In this document: positions 8,422-15,816 of the stretch, in pieces
Layout: each line of letters starts with the position of its first letter
Numbering within the stretch: position 1 is the first letter of the stretch
Source of the DNA: a virus
Taxonomy: Duplodnaviria; Caudoviricetes
IMG/VR virus record: IMGVR_UViG_3300031974_001917
Location: 1 to 27,958 of that record
Length of the DNA: 27,958 bases
Reading direction: 5' to 3' (one strand)
Program-made: the position numbers and the translations under genes
Notes under the pieces: model-generated
Told to the model about the DNA's origin: nothing
Databases searched by the model: none
The model's input: the letters and a program-made list of their open reading frames with translations, nothing else

Positions 8422-9834
8422 TCAGAACCTCAAGTGAGATGGTGAAGTGAATCGTGTATTTTCAATAACTGGTGTGACTGCATACCGCAATGCATCCACG
8501 CAATGGCCCCATTCATCTCTGGACCTTTCAGACTGTGTCTTCTTCATTGTCCACCGTTGGATTGAATGGATGGTCCGTTGGCACCTTGGATTGATGAAGA
8601 ACTGTCTTCTGGCCATGATGGAATGTATCATTGCGCTACCGTAGTATACACTGTATCTTGGCTTTCGTATAGTCCTAATTCGAAAGGGCAATTGTGGCAT
8701 TCTCAGAATGGATTCAAAGGCTCGCATCAGAAGACTGTTGGACATCTTGCCACTTCCATTCTTCCCACTTCCAAAGTGGACATTGTCACCAGTCCATTGA
8801 CACTGAGCTGGTTGCAAACTGTTTCTGGTCAACATCTCCAAAATGGCCCTTGCATGCGCTTCTGGTGGAGCAGAACCACTGACATATTCATCTAAGACAT
8901 AGACCCATGGTTCTTGTGGATTACTGAGATTGACAGCAGTCAGAATGGCAATCTGGGTGTTGGGTTGACTACCATGGTCAATGCCCAATGCAAATTCATA
9001 GTTGGCAGCTGGTGGTGGTGCTGTAGATATCATAGATTCATCAAAGCAATCAAAGACCCGGCCTTCTGGAACACCAACCACCCAATCACCATTCAATCTG
9101 GCATTCCTGTCAATGGGTAAATAGGTTTGACTGATTCTGTCAATCTGTTCTTGGCTCAATGTGGGTTGACAGAACTTTGGTGTGGTGTCTGCAACTGTCA
9201 ATGGTGCCTTGGTGCAACTGATGACACCATCTTCCACCAACTTCTGCATGTATCGGACATCTTGTCCAACTGGTGTCATGGTGACTGCAATGGTTCCAGT
9301 CTTCCCACCGGCTCCACCTCTCAGTGTTCTGGCTGCAATCTCATTCCAGACATCCTGTGGAACGGGTTCATCGACATGAACGAAGGAAGCAGTGAATGAT
9401 GCCAGTCCAAGACCTTGGTTGGCTGTCTTGATGTAGATGATTGAACCATTGTTGAATCTGACTATTGGGTGGATTCCTCTGAATCCCTTCCCTGGTACAA
9501 ACTCACACTCTGGATGCAATGCACCTTTTGGACACATGTTATATAACTTTTCTTGAATGGTCACAGACTGTTGGTGGCTGTGTGTAATCAAGTATGCTTG
9601 AATAGGTGGTGGGTCTGTCTGAATGAATGGATGGGTGCCAAGACATCTGTGCAACAGCTCCACACATCCTGTGGTGGTCTTGCCAACTTGGTTTCCACCA
9701 AGGAAAAGTTTGATTTTGGACTGGTCCTTCAACCAAGCTTCTTGTGGTGGAGTAGGACAGAAATAATCAAGGGGATTTTGAACCGCCCTTCTCTTCAATC
9801 GTCTGATTGACTTGGTGGCATCTCTAATTGTCAT
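8422..9834 (-). CDS. terL: Terminase large subunit, 470 aa
   Basis: Walker A GGNQVGKT, Walker B VHVDE, motif C TMTP, RNase H-like nuclease GIDHG...DEY...HCVDALRY. Confidence 0.95.
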   Translation of the reverse strand: MTIRDATKSIRRLKRRAVQNPLDYFCPTPPQEAWLKDQSKIKLFLGGNQVGKTTTGCVELLHRCLGTHPFIQTDPPPIQAYLITHSHQQSVTIQEKLYNMCPKGALHPECEFVPGKGFRGIHPIVRFNNGSIIYIKTANQGLGLASFTASFVHVDEPVPQDVWNEIAARTLRGGAGGKTGTIAVTMTPVGQDVRYMQKLVEDGVISCTKAPLTVADTTPKFCQPTLSQEQIDRISQTYLPIDRNARLNGDWVVGVPEGRVFDCFDESMISTAPPPAANYEFALGIDHGSQPNTQIAILTAVNLSNPQEPWVYVLDEYVSGSAPPEAHARAILEMLTRNSLQPAQCQWTGDNVHFGSGKNGSGKMSNSLLMRAFESILRMPQLPFRIRTIRKPRYSVYYGSAMIHSIMARRQFFINPRCQRTIHSIQRWTMKKTQSERSRDEWGHCVDALRYAVTPVIENTRFTSPSHLRF

Positions 9835-10072
9835 CTATGACAATCCCAATAGAGAAAGCACCATGTTTCAGAACTTGATTGAATGGTTTCTTTTGTAACT
9901 GTGAAACCACTTTGATGACCTTCAGAAAGTATTCCGTTCTTGGAATGCTGCCCTGTCTCCATCTCGATATCAGACTTTGATTGGCTCCAATCTCTTTGGC
10001 CAACCATGACAGGGTTCTTCCTTCCTTGGTCACTTGGATTCTGGCCCATTCTCCAAAGTTCATCATCTTCAC
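9824..10072 (-). CDS. XRE/Cro-like HTH protein, about 80 aa
   Basis: LSWLAKEIGANQSLISRWRQGSIP helix-turn-helix; AGGTG RBS. Confidence 0.85.
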   Translation of the reverse strand: MKMMNFGEWARIQVTKEGRTLSWLAKEIGANQSLISRWRQGSIPRTEYFLKVIKVVSQLQKKPFNQVLKHGAFSIGIVIDDN

Positions 10073-10101
10073 CTATTCCATGACAATCACATGGTGTGCA
10101 T

Positions 10102-10377
10102 TCACAGCATGGACATTCTTCTGTTGTGTCTTTGTTCTGCATTCTTCATTTCCGGGATATGTTGCAAGGCTTCAAACAGCAGCTGTGTTGGTCCTCGATG
10201 TTGTTTGGCACCAAAGACTTCACACAGTGCAATCAGATTCACCAGTTTTGGAAGTCGTTCATCATTCATCCATCTGCGAACAGCTGCTTCTGTCATTCCA
10301 CCATTCACAGCCAACTTCTTTTCAGTCAATCCAGACTTACACATCTGTTGTGCAATCCAGTCACCAAAAGTCTTCAC
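10102..10377 (-). CDS. XRE/Cro-like HTH protein, about 91 aa
   Basis: EKKLAVNGGMTEAAVRRWMNDERLP; GTG at 10377 overlaps upstream stop (GTGA); alternative ATG at 10404. Confidence 0.8.
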   Translation of the reverse strand: MKTFGDWIAQQMCKSGLTEKKLAVNGGMTEAAVRRWMNDERLPKLVNLIALCEVFGAKQHRGPTQLLFEALQHIPEMKNAEQRHNRRMSML

Positions 10378-10799
10378 TTGCGTTTGTCCAATACTGCTAG
10401 ACATATGTCAATCTCCATCTTGTTGTTCTTGCATTCTTCAATGATGAAGAAGGTGTTTGCAATGTTGCTGATTTCATCACATTCTTTCTGACTGGCTCCA
10501 TCGCCTTCCCTGGTCTGCAATCTGCAAAACATCTCACGACATAGCATGTTGGTATTCTGTGTCATCCAGTCTTCAGAACATGACACAGCCAACAAGTCAG
10601 TGTCAGTCAGTTGTTTCCGAATCTCTTGTTCTCCAGTTGCCAACTTGCCTTGGATGGTTGCCAAGTCTGTCAATGCCTTGGACTGATTGTCCAGAATCTG
10701 TTGTTGGGTGGTGTCCTTGGACTGTAGCCACATGAATGTTCCTGTGGTGCCCATGGTTCCAACCAACAATCCAATCAGTGCTGCTGTTGTGATTGTCAT
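10374..10799 (-). CDS. Membrane-anchored Cys-rich protein, 141 aa
   Basis: GAGGTA RBS before ATG 10799; N-terminal hydrophobic segment, Gln-rich coiled coil, six Cys. Confidence 0.7.
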   Translation of the reverse strand: MTITTAALIGLLVGTMGTTGTFMWLQSKDTTQQQILDNQSKALTDLATIQGKLATGEQEIRKQLTDTDLLAVSCSEDWMTQNTNMLCREMFCRLQTREGDGASQKECDEISNIANTFFIIEECKNNKMEIDICLAVLDKRK

Positions 10800-10803
10800 T
10801 TCT

Positions 10804-11475
10804 TCATACCTCTTTTTTATTGATTGATATAACATTTCCCAAGTTTCCTATATCCGATTCAAGTCGTTGTCTCAAGATGGGTGGAAGCGAAATAATTGCT
10901 GCAGTGATTTCTTGAACCAGCTGGTCATCTGTTAGACCATCCAGTTCATCCATCATACCTTCTTCAGATTCAATCTGTCGTATCTGTGCAACCACTTGCA
11001 ACAGCTGTCTTTGAAGAGCTGCGTAGGCTTGCCAAGACTCTGATGATTCTGCTTTGGCCATTCCACGTTTCAAGTCCACAGCTTGTTCCCTCAACAGTTC
11101 CAATGTATTGTCTGGAATGTCTTGTGGTGGTTCTTCTTGTGTCTGTTGTGGTCTGTCTTTGGAATAACCGTGTCTTCTTTCCAACATCCATGCACTGGCC
11201 TTCCAATCTTTGGAACTAGCTGCTGTGATTGTTCCAAGATGAACCATGGCACCTTCAATCTCTGCACTTTTTACATCGTTCAAAAATGTACAGTATGATT
11301 TATTTTTGGAGTCCTCGCCTTTTCTCAACCATCCCCACAATGTAGTTCGACTAATCCCGGCATAATCTGCTGCCATCTCATAAGTGCAGCCTGCTGCAAT
11401 GGCTTTGATGATGCGTTCTCTTCTGGCTTTGGTGAACTTTGATGGTCTTCCCTTTTTCTTTGTCATGTCTGACAT
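10804..11475 (-). CDS. terS: Terminase small subunit-like HTH protein, 223 aa
   Basis: KKKGRPSKFT N-terminus, HTH (YEMAADYAGISRTTLWGWL), WKASAWMLERR motif; upstream of terL. Confidence 0.7.
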   Translation of the reverse strand: MSDMTKKKGRPSKFTKARRERIIKAIAAGCTYEMAADYAGISRTTLWGWLRKGEDSKNKSYCTFLNDVKSAEIEGAMVHLGTITAASSKDWKASAWMLERRHGYSKDRPQQTQEEPPQDIPDNTLELLREQAVDLKRGMAKAESSESWQAYAALQRQLLQVVAQIRQIESEEGMMDELDGLTDDQLVQEITAAIISLPPILRQRLESDIGNLGNVISINKKEV

Positions 11476-11616
11476 CTCCTGTACCTAGTTTTTTCTGGAA
11501 AAATTTCTGTATCGCAAAAGAAAGTCGCGGTGGTGGCAGTGCGGGGCCTGTTTGCTCCACACACATGGCTGTTGGGTGGCCACCAGTCTTCATCTTTTGT
11601 ACCTCAGATATGAATA

Positions 11617-11657
11617 ATTATATACAATATACACCGATATTGACCAATATATGGTCA
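11617..11657 (-). promoter_or_regulatory. Putative late promoter with upstream palindrome
   Basis: TATAAT at 11617-11622 with no consensus -35; TGACCA-N5-TGGTCA at 11641-11657. Confidence 0.4.
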
Positions 11658-12140
11658 TTATGTGAATCGGAACTGTTTTCCTTTGTCATTCAGATTCTTC
11701 TTGGCTCTTTCAAACAATTCTTTGTCAGCTGTTTCAACTGTTCTTCCCTTACTCAGAAATGAATAGACTCTGGCTCTGGCCCATTGGTCTTGTGTTGCAC
11801 CAGGTCTGTGTCCAACTGCCCAAGCTGCCAATCCTTTTTCATACACTTCTTGGATGATTGACCTTGGAATGTCTGTCACTCTGGATGTGGCCTTGATGAA
11901 TCGGTCTCTGGTGGAACCAGTTCCCTTGGTGGTCTCTTCATTGATTACTTGTCTCAGTCCACTGGCTTTGATTCTCTGAGTGTACTTGGAAGGTTTTGTC
12001 TTGGCTCGTGCATCACCGGGCAATGGTTCAAAAGATTCCTTCTTGCCTGTTGCACGTTTTCTGATTTCTGCTCTTCTTCTGTCAGCTGTGGATTCACCCA
12101 GTCCAGAAGTGTACTTGGTTGGAACTTTTCTGGCTGCCAT
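11658..12140 (-). CDS. Basic protein, DUF5824-like, 160 aa
   Basis: VYEKGLAAWAVGHRPGATQDQWARARVYSFL motif, recalled from algal giant virus and phage proteins; family name from memory; TGATG overlap with upstream gene. Confidence 0.7.
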   Translation of the reverse strand: MAARKVPTKYTSGLGESTADRRRAEIRKRATGKKESFEPLPGDARAKTKPSKYTQRIKASGLRQVINEETTKGTGSTRDRFIKATSRVTDIPRSIIQEVYEKGLAAWAVGHRPGATQDQWARARVYSFLSKGRTVETADKELFERAKKNLNDKGKQFRFT

Positions 12141-12370
12141 CAGTATCCCCTTCTTCTCAGTTCACGTTGATATCTTCTTCTGCGTTCATTGCGTTCTTTG
12201 ATTGGGTCCTTCTTCTTCTTCTTCTTTGGTTTCCCTGGTATGTTCAGTTCACCATCTTTCAACATTCTAAATGCAATGGCTGTTGCTTGTTTCTGGGGAT
12301 AGCCTTCACGCATCAATCGAATAATCTTTCTGGAGACTGCATAATCTTGCATTTCTTTTCTGGTGGCCAT
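12140..12370 (-). CDS. Small very basic protein, 76 aa
   Basis: 26 Lys/Arg; GYPQKQATAIA motif; poly-Lys and poly-Arg tail. Confidence 0.75.
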   Translation of the reverse strand: MATRKEMQDYAVSRKIIRLMREGYPQKQATAIAFRMLKDGELNIPGKPKKKKKKDPIKERNERRRRYQRELRRRGY

Positions 12371-12372
12371 AT

Positions 12373-12756
12373 CTAAATCCAATCATCATCAAAAGTTGTA
12401 TCATCTTCTTTTGGAATCACTTCAGTCCGTTCTTCAGTCTCTGACATTTCTTCCAGTTGTTCTTCTTCTTCCAGTGCTTGCATGGTGTGCAAACATAATC
12501 TGATGACTGGCAATGTCATTTCATGATAAGTGTGCTGCTCGAATCTGACACCAGATTCAGACCAACTGACAAAGCATACTTGTTCAGCATCTGCATCAAA
12601 GACAATCCCTTCAGTGCTGTCATGCATGAAGTCCAGCCCATTGTGTTCACATAGTTCTGTGAAGAAGTCTGCATGAATGATTGGGTCAATGGGTTGATTG
12701 GATACAATCCCCTTCATCAACATTCCAACTGTGCCAATAATATCTGATATACTCAT
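12373..12756 (-). CDS. Highly acidic protein, 127 aa (probably leaderless)
   Basis: 3' part of track ORF 12373..13131; 30 Asp/Glu vs 5 Lys/Arg; TG-t-TACATT 6 nt before ATG. Confidence 0.7.
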   Translation of the reverse strand: MSISDIIGTVGMLMKGIVSNQPIDPIIHADFFTELCEHNGLDFMHDSTEGIVFDADAEQVCFVSWSESGVRFEQHTYHEMTLPVIRLCLHTMQALEEEEQLEEMSETEERTEVIPKEDDTTFDDDWI

Positions 12757-12771
12757 ATTGACAATGTAACA
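12745..12771. promoter_or_regulatory. Face-to-face extended -10 promoters
   Basis: Plus TG-a-TATACT 12745-12753; minus TG-t-TACATT 12771-12763. Confidence 0.5.
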
Positions 12772-12790
12772 CATCAAAACAGGATTCACC

Positions 12791-13135
12791 ATGCCAACTG
12801 TAACAGTACCCAAAGACATCCAACTGATTGCAAAAAGAGCAATCGACTTTAACATCTCACTACCCATGTCCAGAAGAGCTGCATTCAAAGATGAAGGTGG
12901 CAAAAGGGTTCCCGGTACTGGAATGAGGACTGCCAGAAGATTGGCATCTGGTTCTGTTGACTTGGAACAGCTGAAATTGATGGATGCATGGTTTGCAAGA
13001 CATGGTGCATCAGAAGAAGAATCCAAGGCAAGACAGGACAGAACTTCCAAGGCGGCCATTGCTTGGGCTTTGTGGGGTGGAACACCTGCCAGAAGATGGG
13101 TCAAAAGAGCAATCAAACAACTGGAATCCAAGTGA
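12791..13135 (+). CDS. Conserved phage helical domain protein, 114 aa
   Basis: TGMRTARRL...MDAWFARH...IAWALWGG..ARRW motif recalled from phage head-module proteins; AGGA RBS. Confidence 0.8.
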   Translation: MPTVTVPKDIQLIAKRAIDFNISLPMSRRAAFKDEGGKRVPGTGMRTARRLASGSVDLEQLKLMDAWFARHGASEEESKARQDRTSKAAIAWALWGGTPARRWVKRAIKQLESK

Positions 13136-13138
13136 TTG

Positions 13139-13438
13139 AAATCAGATACCTTGTCGAAATATACAGATAAAATCAGATAAAATCAGATAAAATCACATGG
13201 TGTTTTCTTCTACTGTTCCCAATGGTTCTATACAGTATGTATATATATACTATATATAGTGTATTTTTTTCTGAAACTTTTTTCATTTTAGTAATTAAAA
13301 ACATATAAACCTAGATATCGACATGGTCAAAACTGGTGATTTTTCTCTACAGTATCGATGCAAACTGGACAAAGTACCAACCAGTCATCTGATTTTATCT
13401 GTATATATCTGATTTTATCTGTATATTGAACAAGGTAT
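13139..13438. other. Putative replication origin (iterons, inverted arms, AT-rich core)
   Basis: CAGATAAAAT x3 at 13164-13193; inverse copies at 13389-13426; very AT-rich 13238-13310; downstream of primase/helicase genes. Confidence 0.7.
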
Positions 13439-13444
13439 TGGATG

Positions 13445-13481
13445 AAAAAAGCAAAAGAGACCACCCAATGGATGGCCCCTC
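13445..13481 (-). terminator. Intrinsic terminator of replication operon
   Basis: GAGGGGCCATCC-ATT-GGGTGGTCTCTT followed by TTGCTTTTTT. Confidence 0.7.
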
Positions 13482-13560
13482 AAACAACAATCAATCAAAG
13501 ATATCTACTGGAGAAGATAGCTTCATATTCATTATATCATATAATCTGAATGCGGACAAG

Positions 13561-13625
13561 TTATCAACACTTGTGGATAAGTATTGTGGATAAGTTATCC
13601 ACACCCTGTTGATAAGTTATCAACA
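13561..13625. promoter_or_regulatory. Cluster of six DnaA boxes
   Basis: TTATCCACA or its complement at 13572, 13585, 13595; TTATCAACA or its complement at 13561, 13607, 13617. Confidence 0.8.
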
Positions 13626-13626
13626 C

Positions 13627-14904
13627 TTATCGCTTTCTTCTCCACATTCTTGTTTTTTGCTCTCCACTGAAGAACTGTTCATATCCACAGTCACGACATA
13701 TCTGGGCAATCCTGCGACTGAATCCACTGTGTTGCATTGCAGCTGACAGTTGAAGATGGTCCATGATTTGTGTGGTGGTTGCGTATCCATTGTTCATCTT
13801 GATGCATTCCAACACTTTGACTGTCCATGGGTCATCGATGATGAATGACTGTTGGTATTCCATCAACTTTTCTTCACTCTCTTCCAACAACCACCATTCC
13901 AGTCCTTGTCTGTAATAGTGCAGTGCTTCTGCCCACAGTTGGATTCGGTTCTGTTGGATGTACTCGATGTCAATCTTGGAACCCACTTCCACAATCCAGA
14001 ATCTGCGTTCAGGACCATCACTCAGGAACTGATAGTCATTGGTGGATGCTGTGAACACTGTTCTTCTGCTTCGTTGGACTGGCATCTTGGCATAGGCCGG
14101 CCGGTATCGGTCACTGGCACTGGTCAAGAACTGTTTTGCATTGGCTGCTGTTTTGCCCTGGAGTGCATGCATTTCTGCCAGTTCCCATATCCAAACACCA
14201 GACTGGTGCAGCAGCTCATAGGAATCTTTGTGACTGATGTTGATATTGGAGTCTGAAAAGTATTCTTCACTGGCCAGTTCCTTCAGTGCTGTGGACTTTC
14301 TCATTCCTTTTGCACCCACCAACACCAAACATGTGTCCATCTTGCAACCGGGTTCCATGACTCTGGCCACACAACTGATGAACCACTTACAAGACATCTC
14401 AGTGACCAACTGTGATGCACCATCTGGAATCTTTGCATGAAGAATGTTGTGGAAGAACCATTGGATTCTGTCTTCACCATCCCATTCTGGAATACTGGTC
14501 AACCATTCCTTGATGGGTTCAATGGTCCGTTCTTGGGCTACCATGATGACACTGGCCCGAAGTGCTTTGTCTGTCACCTTGTATCGATAGTTTTCTTCAA
14601 ACTCAAGTGCTATTCGCTCCATCATGGCATCATCAACCATTGTATCATGCAACAGAATCTTGTCACTGTGTTCATTGTAGCAAAGACTGGAATATCTTGG
14701 ATCCTGTCTCAGTATGGTGGCTGTGTTGTATCTGCAGTTCAATGGTGTCAGCATTCCAGTCCCTCTTTTGGTCACCTTCCGCAACATGTCCCAAGTGTCA
14801 ATGTCTGCATCTGGTGGATTCCCTTTGTCCTCCACTATCACACCAAGTTCATCTTTGGCCAATGCCATCAATGCCTTGAATCTGTCCATTTCTTGTCTTG
14901 TCAT
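13627..14904 (-). CDS. VapE-like P-loop helicase/primase-associated ATPase, 425 aa
   Basis: PGCKMD, Walker A GAKGMRKST, WIWELAEM, DRYRPAY, ASTND, ERRFW, QLWAEA motifs. Confidence 0.9.
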   Translation of the reverse strand: MTRQEMDRFKALMALAKDELGVIVEDKGNPPDADIDTWDMLRKVTKRGTGMLTPLNCRYNTATILRQDPRYSSLCYNEHSDKILLHDTMVDDAMMERIALEFEENYRYKVTDKALRASVIMVAQERTIEPIKEWLTSIPEWDGEDRIQWFFHNILHAKIPDGASQLVTEMSCKWFISCVARVMEPGCKMDTCLVLVGAKGMRKSTALKELASEEYFSDSNINISHKDSYELLHQSGVWIWELAEMHALQGKTAANAKQFLTSASDRYRPAYAKMPVQRSRRTVFTASTNDYQFLSDGPERRFWIVEVGSKIDIEYIQQNRIQLWAEALHYYRQGLEWWLLEESEEKLMEYQQSFIIDDPWTVKVLECIKMNNGYATTTQIMDHLQLSAAMQHSGFSRRIAQICRDCGYEQFFSGEQKTRMWRRKR

Positions 14905-14936
14905 TTTTTATACCTATTTTGATTGTTGTATTGTTG

Positions 14937-15812
14937 TTATTGTGTGATGTTGATGTCCATGTCAACAAAGCTGCCCCACCATCCACAGCTGTTCTGGTGG
15001 TTGCATGTTGGCCACTTGTAACTGTTGGGAATCGAGGGTTCCAAACTGAAGTGAACACTTTGTCTAGAACATCCCGGACAAGTGATGTATCTTGCTTCAT
15101 TGCCTTGGATGGTTGCACCCAGTTCATTGGCCACACGTTGTCTGAATCTGGAATCCATGAACACATCATCCATCGATGCCTTGCCATTCATATAGACTTT
15201 GGTGGTGGTCTTTGGTCTTGGTGGTTCAATGATTATATCTTCATAGTCCAGTTTCAACAAGTCTCCAATGTGGATGTGTGTCTGGTGGATGTGCTTTGGA
15301 TGCTGTGGATGGTCTTCTGATTGTTCACTGGATGGAATCCCATATCTGAAGTACACCCTTGCACGGTCCTTCAGTGCTTTTGGGTCTGGTTCTCCACGAC
15401 CAATCACATCTGTCCACAAGTTGGAAGCAGCAACTGCAGCTCTATCCCAATCTGCACCGGGAATCGGTTCTGCCAATGGCAATATGATTCTGTACTTGTG
15501 ATGATGTGGTTTGTGACTGAATGAAGTGTGAACCAAGACTGTCCAGTCTGTAAACAGTCTCCATGAATCAAGTGGTGCAATACCATCATCCATATCAAAC
15601 ACCAAGTGATGGATTGCAATGGTGTTGGCCTTGTTTCGGTGTCCATGGGTGAATGTCGATGGAGACCACAAAGGAAGTTGATTCTTGTCATCCAGTGTAC
15701 CCATGGAACCCAATAGACCCCTTCTCAGTCCATCGATGTCCACTGTGATTGTTCTGCCCCGGTTAGATTTTACATGGTTGAATGTGGTCAGTTTGAATGT
15801 TGTTCTTGTCAT
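14937..15812 (-). CDS. Primase-polymerase (AEP superfamily) with C-terminal Zn finger, 291 aa
   Basis: LVFDMDDG, HTSFSH, KYRIILPL catalytic motifs; CPGC...CNHQNSC; GGAG RBS before ATG 15812. Confidence 0.85.
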   Translation of the reverse strand: MTRTTFKLTTFNHVKSNRGRTITVDIDGLRRGLLGSMGTLDDKNQLPLWSPSTFTHGHRNKANTIAIHHLVFDMDDGIAPLDSWRLFTDWTVLVHTSFSHKPHHHKYRIILPLAEPIPGADWDRAAVAASNLWTDVIGRGEPDPKALKDRARVYFRYGIPSSEQSEDHPQHPKHIHQTHIHIGDLLKLDYEDIIIEPPRPKTTTKVYMNGKASMDDVFMDSRFRQRVANELGATIQGNEARYITCPGCSRQSVHFSLEPSIPNSYKWPTCNHQNSCGWWGSFVDMDINITQ

Positions 15813-15816
15813 GTTG

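Noticed and set aside
11378-11593. 71 aa minus-strand ORF with a GAGGTACAAAAG RBS
   Set aside because: Overlaps terS out of frame, crosses the putative packaging site and has no protein-like motif; not called, although the good RBS means translation cannot be excluded
12757-13131. 5' extension of track ORF 12373..13131
   Set aside because: It is the antisense shadow of the motif-bearing plus-strand gene 12791..13135
13139-13625. Repeats as a CRISPR array
   Set aside because: Units are 9-20 bp, tandem or inverted, without unique spacers; no cas genes
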